IMG/VR virus record: IMGVR_UViG_3300035698_022190
Span: 146,209-210,208 of that record
Reading direction: 5' to 3' (one strand)
DNA length: 64,000 bases
Within the stretch, counting starts at the first letter, position 1. Each line of letters begins with the position of its first letter. This document shows, piece after piece, positions 50,985 through 60,219 of the stretch. The notes beneath the pieces are model-generated. The model was not told the origin of the DNA. It saw only the letters and a program-made list of their open reading frames with translations, and made no database searches. The position numbers were made by a program, and so were the translations under genes.

Positions 50985-51470
50985 ATGATAAATTTGAAAG
51001 ATTTAAAAGGTTATTCTAAAAGTCCATTAGCAGTTGGTGCTATGATGGCGGCCGGCCTAACAATAAGTGCTAAAGCTATTGATGAAATAATTGCTTATGT
51101 AAAAGAGCGAAATATAAAAGCAAAAAGTACAAAATATTATGCAGAAATGTTAAACGCTCATCCAGAATTAAAAAAAGAGAAACCTATTGTAGTAGCACGA
51201 TACTGGGCTTCTCTTTATCATTTTGCTCCTTACATGGCACAAGATCCGTTAGCAGCTGGCGCTTTTATAAGACAGTCTTTAGCTAGAGGTCTTCCAGAAG
51301 AGTTTGGTGGTCCAGCTCCAGATACTTACAGTACTTTAACTGGTATAAATGAAAGTATCTTAAAAGCTAAAGGACAAAGTCCAGCAGGAATGGCGATGAG
51401 TGCTGGTTCTGCACGTGACACATTTGCTAACCAAGTAATTAAAGATTACATGGGTGCTAATAATAATTAA
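50985..51470 (+). CDS. Hypothetical head-module protein
   Basis: FAP.MAQDPLAAGAFIRQ; directly upstream of the protease. Confidence 0.7.
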   Translation: MINLKDLKGYSKSPLAVGAMMAAGLTISAKAIDEIIAYVKERNIKAKSTKYYAEMLNAHPELKKEKPIVVARYWASLYHFAPYMAQDPLAAGAFIRQSLARGLPEEFGGPAPDTYSTLTGINESILKAKGQSPAGMAMSAGSARDTFANQVIKDYMGANNN

Positions 51471-54371
51471 ATGATTGAAAAAACCCTAAATTATATTTAC
51501 GGTGATAATGACACGGAAGTCTTCTCTGTTATGGATAATAACATGGAGAAGCGCGCGTCGTACTCATCAGAGGTTCAAGACTATCTTGATAAGTTAGCTG
51601 AGTCTCCCGATAAGACGTATGCGCTCGTAAACGCATTGTCAGCAGGTGAATATTATGGGTCTAATCGTAATGGTGACTACTTCCCCGAAAAGGCACTAAA
51701 AGATTATCACAAAACATTTGAAGCTTTAGGGCATGTATATACCCACCATGTAAATAAAGATCCAAAGAAATCCTTAGGTTCAGTAAAATTTGCTCATTAT
51801 AATCCAACTATGAAAAGGGTTGAACTGGTTCTAGAATTAGATAATGCTAAAGCTAAGCCAGTTATTGAGCGCCTTGATAAAGGGGAACTGCCAGCAGTCA
51901 GTATGGGTTGCTTTCAAGCTGGTGTAAATATTATACTTAGCGATTTTTCAAAAAAACCCATTGAGGATATTCAAGTTGGCGACGAAGTACTAACACATAC
52001 AGGGGAAATACATAAAGTAACTGAATTGCATCCAAGAGATTATGCGGGAATAATGTATACTATTAATCCTGTGGGTAAATATAGGCCTTCAATTACGGCG
52101 ACCAAAGAGCATCCGTGGCTTGTAATTGAGCCAGACAAGTTTTTTGAAAAAGACGAAAAAGCTCGATTAAGACGAAGAAAAAAACTTTCGTTAGCTGACG
52201 CTGTATGAAAAGTATCTGAAGATTTATCTACACAAGACCACCTTTTAATTCCAAAACCTAAGAACGCGGACGTGATTGACATGCCTGTAGCAAAGGCTAA
52301 GCTTTTAGGGTGGTATTTAGCAGAAGGCCACACACATATTAAAGATAATGGAGTTGAATTTACGGTAAACAGGGCAGACCAAATAGTTAAAGATATAGAC
52401 TCTGTTTTAAAAACCTTAGGCTTACCAGAAACAGTAGTTATGGCACATAATGTTTCTAAAGAAGCTTTACGGCTAATAGTTTTCTCTGCAGATTTAAAAA
52501 AAGATGTTTTATATTATTGTGGAAAGTATAGTCATAAAAAAAGATTACATAGAAAAGTTTTTTATTGGAGTGATGAAGCTAAATTAGCATTTCTAGGTGC
52601 GTATATTTCTGGAGATGGTTTTTTTCACGAAAATCAAGCATATATTAGTTCTTGTAATCGTGAACTTTTAGAACAAATTCAGTGGCTTGGTTTTTCTTTA
52701 GGAATAAACTCAACACTTGGAAAAAATGAACACAAAGCAGGAAATGGTTTTTCTTTTGAAGATACAACAGAGTATATTTTAAGGTTTAGAGGAACACATA
52801 ATAGTATACTATCTAAGTATGCTGAAAAAATTTCAACTGTAAATAAGCAAGCAGTTGGTGGCAAAGGTGGACCTTTTGAATATGAAAATTTTTATCTTTT
52901 AGCCATTGAAGAAATAAAAGGAAATGAATATACAGGTCCTGTATATAATTTTGAAGTAGATGTAGATAATTCTTATGTGGTAGAACAATATGCAGTACAT
53001 AACTGTAGAGTTCCAAAAGATACATGTAGTATATGTGGAAACGAAGCAACAAAAATCGCAAATTATTGCGAACATTTAAAAAACAACATGAACAAAGTAA
53101 TGCCAAATGGTAAAAAGGTTTATGCTATAAATAACCAACCGAAGTTTTTTGACATTAGTGTAGTAACAATCCCAGCCGAAAAGACAGCTAGTTTTATTAA
53201 AAGAATATCTAGTAAAATTAAAGCATCTTTTGCCAAATCAGCAAATGAAATAGATGTCCCATTAACGTGGGCGCAAAGCATTGCAAAAACAGCATCGCTG
53301 GAAACACAAGCAGATATTAAAAAGAAAATAGACGTAAAATTAGATGCGGTTTCTGAAGACCCAAAGAAGTTAATCTTACTGTCACAAAAAAGGTTATCTA
53401 AAGAAACTATTGAAAAGCTATCTGAACATCCATTGGGCGAAGTATTGTCCACTTTAATTGGTTTACGAATAGTACCCGTTAAAGAAGATTTTCAAAAATT
53501 AGCTTTATATAGTATGGGGAAAGCAGAGGGTGCGGAAGAGTTAGCTGAAGCAAAAGTATGTTTTGAAGTTAATCCTAAATTACGTCCTATAATACCTGCA
53601 GACGTTTCTCTTGATTATTTTAATGAAAAAATTGCCGGGTTGTTAATAGAGGATTTGCCTGGAATGGCTTTAACAAAGCCTAATATAATCTCACGCAGCT
53701 TTTATAAAGCAGCACAAGTGGGATTTACAGAGCCAATCGCTACATCGGAGGAATTAAATCAGGCTTTTCCTGAAAAATCCAAACGTGAACGGAGCATGAT
53801 TAGCAAAGTTTTCTTTGGCCAACAAGAAGATCCAAAACTTAATTCTGTTAAAAGCCCAATAATTCCTTTAGGAGTATTGGGTAGTCTATATTACGGGTAT
53901 ATAAAAACATTTAACAATGTTAATACAGGAGAGTTTAAGAAGTTTTTAGCGCGACATCCATGAGTATTTACAGCTATGTTAGGTACCGCAGCCGGTGCGT
54001 CTATATTAGCTCAGAAGCGCGCTCACGGAATACATGCTTTAGATAAGCAGGCAGGATTAGTAGAGAATGCGGGACACGTGATAGGTGGTTTACTTATTAC
54101 AGTTCCAGGTTCTTATTATGCTGCTTCGTTCCCAGAACAAAAAGCACAGCAGGGGATTCCAATCTCATCTAGTCAGAATTTTTTGAGAAAACATCCCGCA
54201 CTTGTTGCTTTAGGCGCGTCCATTCTTGGCGTAACCGGAATTGGAACAGTGACTAAACAAATGAATAAATTAAAAACTTTGAATTCTAACTGACTTAAGT
54301 TTGCCAGCGTTCTAAATCGTTTAGACGAGGAAGCTTTAAATGTTATTTATAAGGATTTAATCATAAACTAA
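51471..54371 (+). CDS. Prohead maturation protease with intein and long C-terminal extension (3 TGA=Trp)
   Basis: NRNGDYFP, HHVN.D, VSMG|C, CSICG, FFDISVV.IPA; upstream of scaffold and capsid. Confidence 0.75.
51909..53003 (+). mobile_element. Intein with LAGLIDADG endonuclease in the prohead protease
   Basis: SMG|CFQAG..PIEDIQVGD.VLTH..T.EHP; LGWYLAEG, LGAYISGDG; VYNFEV..SYVV...VHN|C. Confidence 0.9.
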
Positions 54372-54386
54372 CGGAGGTATTACACA

Positions 54387-54965
54387 ATGCAAAAAGGTGT
54401 AAACATCGATCAAATTTTACTTGAGCTAGAGCAAGAGAAGAAAGCTGAAGATATCTTTAATGATTCCCTTCTAGAAGAGAAAAAGCCAGAAGAAGTTAAA
54501 GTAGAAGTTGAAAAAGAAGTAGAAAAAGAAGCTGAAAAAGAAGTAGAAGCTGAAGTTAAAGTAGAAGCTGAAGTTGAAAAAGAAGTAGAAGCTGAAGTTG
54601 AAAAAGAAGTAGAAGCTGAAGTTAAAGTAGAAGCTGAAGTTGAAAAAGAAGCTGAATTAACTGAAGAAGAAGCTGAAGTAAAAGCTAATCTTGAAAAACA
54701 AGGTCGTTATATGGCAAAGGGATTCTTAGCAGAATTAAATGAAGCCGCTAGTGATACTGTAGAAAAGGTTGCTGAAGAAGCTGAAAAAGAAGTAGAAAAA
54801 GAAGCTGAAAAAGAAGTAGAAGCTGAAGTAGAAGCTGAAGTAGAAGCTGAAGTTGAAAAAGAAGCTGAAGTAACCGAAGAAGAAGAAAAATGGGCAGCAT
54901 TAAGACCAGACCAACGCATTGTTCTGGGTTTATATGACCAATTTTTTCCAACGGAGGAAGAATAA
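54387..54965 (+). CDS. Acidic scaffolding protein with EKEA/EVEA repeats
   Basis: Low-complexity Glu-rich; G..MA.GF motif; position before capsid. Confidence 0.7.
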   Translation: MQKGVNIDQILLELEQEKKAEDIFNDSLLEEKKPEEVKVEVEKEVEKEAEKEVEAEVKVEAEVEKEVEAEVEKEVEAEVKVEAEVEKEAELTEEEAEVKANLEKQGRYMAKGFLAELNEAASDTVEKVAEEAEKEVEKEAEKEVEAEVEAEVEAEVEKEAEVTEEEEKWAALRPDQRIVLGLYDQFFPTEEE

Positions 54966-54968
54966 ATA

Positions 54969-55313
54969 ATGGCTAATCTATTAGAAATATATGATGACAT
55001 GGTTCAAGTTGAGCAAGAACAAGAAGCAGACGTTATCGAAAAAAACGCCGAGGCACAACTAACAACGGATCGCGTAGAAGTATTAGCAAAATATGCTACA
55101 CTTGCAGATAATATGTTAGGTGAAGAATACGGCGATGATTATAAAGAAGAAGATGTTCAAGAGTTAGCTAGCTATTTAATTGAAAATGACTCGGCTATTG
55201 AAGAACAACAAGAAAAAGTTGCTGAATATGTTCAGTTAGGAACAATCATGGCTAAAGCTTTTAAGAAAGAATTAGAAGCAGAAGCCGAAGTAGTAACAGA
55301 GGAAGAAAAATAA
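54969..55313 (+). CDS. Acidic scaffold/core protein
   Basis: EKVA..G.IMAKAF motif shared with the previous gene. Confidence 0.65.
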   Translation: MANLLEIYDDMVQVEQEQEADVIEKNAEAQLTTDRVEVLAKYATLADNMLGEEYGDDYKEEDVQELASYLIENDSAIEEQQEKVAEYVQLGTIMAKAFKKELEAEAEVVTEEEK

Positions 55314-55329
55314 CTCTTCTTTAATTATA

Positions 55330-55689
55330 ATGAGTGAACAAAGTTTAGAAAAACGAGCTGCTCTTGCTATTAGAGCTTTACAAACAGATTTGCAAGAAAG
55401 TGAACTAAGACAGCAAGAGCAGACCGCTCAGCTAGAGCACCAAAAACGTGCTCAAAAGCTGGCTACGTATTTTTTAAAAATTGGCCACATAACATTAGAA
55501 AAATTTGAGGACACAGTTGCGGACTTTTGCGAGCAACCCTCAGAACAATTAGATGTGATTGAAAAAGCAGCGGCTATGACGGAAAATGGAAATGGATCTT
55601 TTTTAGGCAAAGTTGCCGAAGATGTCGCATCTATATCACTGTCTCCAGAGGATCGCTTTATACAAAGAGCGTTGCTGGATGACGATTAA
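55330..55689 (+). CDS. Coiled-coil scaffold-like protein
   Basis: EKRA and EKAA motifs; position. Confidence 0.65.
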   Translation: MSEQSLEKRAALAIRALQTDLQESELRQQEQTAQLEHQKRAQKLATYFLKIGHITLEKFEDTVADFCEQPSEQLDVIEKAAAMTENGNGSFLGKVAEDVASISLSPEDRFIQRALLDDD

Positions 55690-55719
55690 TAGTAATAACA
55701 TTACTGGAGGAAAGTAATA

Positions 55720-56163
55720 ATGCTTAGAATGTTAACAAACTTGAATTTGGTACACCGTTTTGACGTAACAGCCGCAGCCGGCTTGTTGGCGTCAGGTTAT
55801 ACCGGAACATGGGTTGGTGGAAATACCACGACATTGGACTATATTGCCTCAGCAGGCGATTGGGCAATGGGTGTTGTATGGAACGAATCTAATCGTGACG
55901 GTACTGCGGGATTCACACCAGATACAAGAGCAGTAGCATCAGGTGGAACAGGTAAATTAACCGCTGTATACGGAAAATTCCGTGCACTAACAGATCAGTT
56001 TACAGGGACCCCCGCAGTTGGAGCCGCATTATATGCAGGCACTGACGGTACATTAAGTACCACATCAGGCAGCGGTATAATCGTTGCTTATTGTACAAAA
56101 GCAAGTCATTCAATTACTCACTTACTAACCGCCCATACTGTGATCGAATACGTTACAGTTTAA
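55720..56163 (+). CDS. Capsid decoration/cement protein
   Basis: Gly/Thr-rich, VG..LY...DG.L; immediately before the major capsid gene. Confidence 0.6.
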   Translation: MLRMLTNLNLVHRFDVTAAAGLLASGYTGTWVGGNTTTLDYIASAGDWAMGVVWNESNRDGTAGFTPDTRAVASGGTGKLTAVYGKFRALTDQFTGTPAVGAALYAGTDGTLSTTSGSGIIVAYCTKASHSITHLLTAHTVIEYVTV

Positions 56164-56179
56164 TAGGAGAAAAATAATA

Positions 56180-57076
56180 ATGGAAAACTTATCAGCAAGT
56201 ACTGTTAATGAGCTATTCATCCAGAAATTAGATTCTCCGGATGGATTAGAAAAAGTAGCAATGGAAGGATCTGCCTTTATTAGACAAAAGTTACGTGAAG
56301 TATCTTTTGCAAGAAAGGTTATTCAACCTCAGTATGTAACAAAAGCCGATTTAACGCGTTCAGTTAATCACGATGGTCTTGTAAAGATTGTTGATATTGA
56401 ACCTGATTCAAAAGCTATGACCGTTAACTTCCGTGGTGAACCCGACTGGAACTATATTGAAGGACCTCGTTATGAGATTCCTTTCTTTATGATCAGTTCA
56501 GAGGATTTCCAAAAAACCGAAGAAGAACTATTAGCTTACGAAATGCCTCTAACCGAGGTTATTGAAAAGAACTCAGTATTAGATATTCAAAAAATCGAAG
56601 ACACCTCGTTTTTAGCCCAAGTAGATGCAGCTGTTGAAACAGAAGCCAGCCAACTAGCGGAAGCTTATGGCACAGGTGGAATTATCAACAAAGAGGATTT
56701 CAAAGCTCTATTTGATGTGTTAGATGGTAATGAGTTACGTACCGAAATTATCTTAATGGATACAAAAATGTTTAATCGTCTGTTTTTATATGACGCTACA
56801 ACAGTCGGCGACGGCGTTGGATCAGAAACCCATGTAAATGGTTATTCTTATTCAACATTGTTCGGTCGTAGACTAATTGTATCTAATAAAGTTAGTTTAC
56901 TTGACAATAAAATCTACGGCTTCACAGCCCAAGAATTTATGGGTCAATTCTTAGTATTGAATGATGTAAAATTCTGGATCGAAAAGAAAAAGAATATTAT
57001 CTCATTTGCAGCCTATGAAAGTGTAGGTATGGGAATTGGTAATACCAAGTCCTGTGCTAGACTAACCTTAAGTTAG
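56180..57076 (+). CDS. Major capsid protein (HK97 fold)
   Basis: IRQKLRE.SFARK, IQK.ED..F, YE.VG..IGN; strong RBS; terminator follows. Confidence 0.8.
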   Translation: MENLSASTVNELFIQKLDSPDGLEKVAMEGSAFIRQKLREVSFARKVIQPQYVTKADLTRSVNHDGLVKIVDIEPDSKAMTVNFRGEPDWNYIEGPRYEIPFFMISSEDFQKTEEELLAYEMPLTEVIEKNSVLDIQKIEDTSFLAQVDAAVETEASQLAEAYGTGGIINKEDFKALFDVLDGNELRTEIILMDTKMFNRLFLYDATTVGDGVGSETHVNGYSYSTLFGRRLIVSNKVSLLDNKIYGFTAQEFMGQFLVLNDVKFWIEKKKNIISFAAYESVGMGIGNTKSCARLTLS

Positions 57077-57094
57077 ATAATAGTTACAGACTAT

Positions 57095-57127
57095 AAAAAA
57101 GGGACTTTTAACGAAGTCCCTTTTTTG
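57095..57127 (+). terminator. Intrinsic terminator after the capsid gene
   Basis: AAGGGACTT-TTAACG-AAGTCCCTTTTTTT. Confidence 0.85.
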
Positions 57128-57202
57128 TTTAAATGCTTGACTACTTTTCGGTAAAAGCTTATATTTAAGTATAATATAATTTAAATTTATAGGAAGATTA
57201 AA

Positions 57203-57685
57203 ATGGCCGACCCAATAGTACCAACGACATATCAAGCAAAAGTAGATCGTTTAAGACGATGGCTTGGAGATAATACAACTTTAAATCAATTATTAGGTGC
57301 TCAAGAAAGCTCAGATGTATTTTTATATGAGTGCATTGATGATGCTCTAGATAAAATTAATTATACCCCACCTAGCGACGGGACTACCTATACAATTTCT
57401 GATTTTCCCTCTTGGTCAACTTTAAAATTAGGAGCTACTTTACAAGTTTTAGTTGGAAAAGGAATTTTATCAGCACGCAATACCTTAACCTACAATGATA
57501 CGGGCGGCGTAACAATCCATGATTTTGACACTTATGGTCGATATATTAATTTCTTCAATGTTTTAGTTAATGAGTATAGAAGAGCTGTGCAAAATATGAA
57601 AATCGGCGCTAATATAGACGCTGTATATGGCGGAGTTGCTTCTGAATATTCTACTTTAATAGACGTGGACGAATACGATATTTAA
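57203..57685 (+). CDS. Head-tail adaptor (neck) protein
   Basis: LRRWLGD, RNTLTYND.GG; position after capsid. Confidence 0.6.
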   Translation: MADPIVPTTYQAKVDRLRRWLGDNTTLNQLLGAQESSDVFLYECIDDALDKINYTPPSDGTTYTISDFPSWSTLKLGATLQVLVGKGILSARNTLTYNDTGGVTIHDFDTYGRYINFFNVLVNEYRRAVQNMKIGANIDAVYGGVASEYSTLIDVDEYDI

Positions 57686-58890
57686 TGCTTATTTTAAACA
57701 GCCTTGATATCACATCTTATGATGTAAATAAATTAACTGTAAGTTGGGATCTTGATACCACCCCAGAAGCTTTGTCGGGATATTCTCTGAGTCTTTACAG
57801 ATCTGAAAATCCAGGTATTTCTGGAATTGTTGGTTTTGATTTAGTAGAATCGGGAATTGCTGCAACTACTTATCATTATGATGATTTTTCTGTTTCAGGA
57901 ATATGGGACCCACTAAGAACTTGGTATTATAAGATAAAATTTACAGAACTTGCTACTTTAGAAGAATCTGTACAACCAACTACACCCGCTTTTCGTAAAG
58001 CAACTACCACAGATAGAGCAGCAATTGAAATAGTTAGACGTAAAGGTATTGCCTTAGAAAGATATTCAGGCCGTGACTTTTTTGTTATTAAAAAACGTAC
58101 ATATGGAACACATTGTAGTGAGTGCTGGGATGCTACTTTACAAAGAATTGTAAATGATTCTTGCCCTATTTGTAAGGGTACTGGATGGGTAGACGGATAC
58201 TTTGGATCCATTTACTTAAAAGGAATGCTAAACCCAGCTCCGAAATATAACCAAATTACGATGTTTGGTGAATGGATGCCACACGATGCTTTATTTACGA
58301 TGTTAAATTTTCCGCCTATAAGAACTAGAGATATTATTATAGATGATCGGAACCAGAGGTGGATTGTAAAACAAATTAGAAAAACCGAAAAACTTGGTTA
58401 TACAATTGAACACAACGCACAATGTGCACTAATTTCATTTGACGATCAAATTTATGATTTGGAAAAAGATACTTTAGAAATTGCTTTAGCAGTTTTACAA
58501 ACTGACGTGGTTCAGGCCGCAGACCAACAAAGTGTATATGCGGTTGTGAAACAATTACTAGATAGCTATTGGTATGAATCAGATCAAGGAGAAACGGCCG
58601 TAGCGGTTCAATGGGTAAATAGTTTAAAAAGAGTAATCGGGAGCTACACGACAGCAAATACAGCAACTTTTGAAAATGTCAATATTACTGATATTTTTCA
58701 CAGCTATGGTACTGCAACCAATTTAAGTATGTGGTCTGTTTTTATTAATAGGATGGTAGCTACGAAGCAAACAATTACTTCTATTACAGATTCAGGTTCA
58801 AATATTGTAATAACTTTTAACAGTAATTTAGAATATGATTTAGTATCTGGAGATGAAATTGAGCTTTGGGGGCCAATTGATTCCTTATAA
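57685..58890 (+). CDS. Head closure/neck protein: FN3-like, zinc finger and duplicated C-terminal domain
   Basis: CSECWD..CPICKGTGW..GY; C-terminus paralogous to the next gene. Confidence 0.6.
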   Translation: MLILNSLDITSYDVNKLTVSWDLDTTPEALSGYSLSLYRSENPGISGIVGFDLVESGIAATTYHYDDFSVSGIWDPLRTWYYKIKFTELATLEESVQPTTPAFRKATTTDRAAIEIVRRKGIALERYSGRDFFVIKKRTYGTHCSECWDATLQRIVNDSCPICKGTGWVDGYFGSIYLKGMLNPAPKYNQITMFGEWMPHDALFTMLNFPPIRTRDIIIDDRNQRWIVKQIRKTEKLGYTIEHNAQCALISFDDQIYDLEKDTLEIALAVLQTDVVQAADQQSVYAVVKQLLDSYWYESDQGETAVAVQWVNSLKRVIGSYTTANTATFENVNITDIFHSYGTATNLSMWSVFINRMVATKQTITSITDSGSNIVITFNSNLEYDLVSGDEIELWGPIDSL

Positions 58891-59246
58891 TGCCTGATAA
58901 AATTAAGCATTTATTAGACGTATATTGAGGTAATCCAACAGAACAGGATACTGCAGTTTTAATTGAGTTTGTTGATTATATGACAAAGGCAACAGGCGGT
59001 TATACTAGCGCCGATTCGGCGACTATAGAAACTTATAATATTCATTCAGATTTTCATGTTAATGAAATTGCTTCAGATTTAAATTTATGGCACATAACAG
59101 TTAATAGACTCACCACTTTTAAAAATTGTATTGATTCCATTGCCAATGATGGAACAAATGTGATAATTACTTTTAATAGTAATTTAGGATATGATTTGAT
59201 AGCGGGAGATGAGATTGAACTATGGGGCCCTTTAGTAACAACATAA
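58890..59246 (+). CDS. Paralog of the preceding C-terminal domain (1 TGA=Trp)
   Basis: LLDVY* aligns with LLDSYW; shared ITFNSNL.YDL..GDEIELWGP. Confidence 0.75.
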
Positions 59247-59258
59247 CCAGTTAGCTAT

Positions 59259-60218
59259 ATGCAAACACTTTTATTTATTACCCCGCACCTTTCAACGGGC
59301 GGTTTACCACAGTATCTGCTTAAGAAGATTGAAACTTTAAAAAACGATTTTGTTGTTTATGTTCTAGAATACGCAAATGTAACAACAAGTTATCGCGTTC
59401 AGAGAGATCAGATAGAAGCCTTACTAGGCGATAGGTTTATATCACTGCCTAACGAAAATAGGTCTGCATCCTTTATTGAAGCTGTTAAACAAGTCGATCC
59501 CGACATTGTTCATTTAGAAGAACATCCCGAATGTTTCTGGTATTTCTATGAAGATGCGCCATTCATCTGGTTATATAGAAATGAACGAAAATATACAATT
59601 TTAGAAACCTGTCACAACTCTACTTTCAATGTCTCACAAAAAAAGTTTTTACCAGATCGGTTTATTTTTGTGAGCCAAGGACAAGCAGATCGATATAAAG
59701 AGCTTGATGTCCCATTTAATGTAGTAGAGTACCCAATTGAAAAACAAACTAGAATTTATTCTAAAAAAGAGGCTTGCATCAAGTTAGGAATTGACCCTCA
59801 AAAGAAAAATGCAATTACTGTTGGGCTGTTTACTTCAGGAAAAAATCAGGGGGCTATTTGGCCTATTGCCAAAGACATGATTAATGAAAAACTTCATTTT
59901 CATTTTGTTGGTAACTTAGCTGTCAATTTTGAAAAATACTGGAAACCCTTACTAAATGATTTACCAAATAATTGTACAGTATGGGGTGAAAGAACTGATG
60001 TAGATATATTTTATCAGGCCGCAGATATACTGTTGTTCCCCTCTATTCTGGAAACTAATCCCCTTGTTGTACGTGAAGCCCTATCTTGGGACCTTCCAGT
60101 GCTTATGCGTAACTTACTTATATATAATGATGCATATACATCATTAAAAAATGTTTATTATTTTGAAGCGGATATCGCAAAAGATATAAATCAAATAAAA
60201 CAAATCTTACAAAATTAA
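59259..60218 (+). CDS. GT4-type (GT-B) glycosyltransferase
   Basis: PHLSTGGLPQY, VGLFT.GKNQ, FPS..ETNPLV.REAL. Confidence 0.85.
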   Translation: MQTLLFITPHLSTGGLPQYLLKKIETLKNDFVVYVLEYANVTTSYRVQRDQIEALLGDRFISLPNENRSASFIEAVKQVDPDIVHLEEHPECFWYFYEDAPFIWLYRNERKYTILETCHNSTFNVSQKKFLPDRFIFVSQGQADRYKELDVPFNVVEYPIEKQTRIYSKKEACIKLGIDPQKKNAITVGLFTSGKNQGAIWPIAKDMINEKLHFHFVGNLAVNFEKYWKPLLNDLPNNCTVWGERTDVDIFYQAADILLFPSILETNPLVVREALSWDLPVLMRNLLIYNDAYTSLKNVYYFEADIAKDINQIKQILQN

Positions 60219-60219
60219 T

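Noticed and set aside
54480-54880. GAAGCTGAAGT repeats as a DNA repeat element
   Set aside because: Fully explained by in-frame Glu/Lys/Ala/Val coding
47215-57076. Portal protein
   Set aside because: No ORF of suitable size or recognisable motif; probably outside the window
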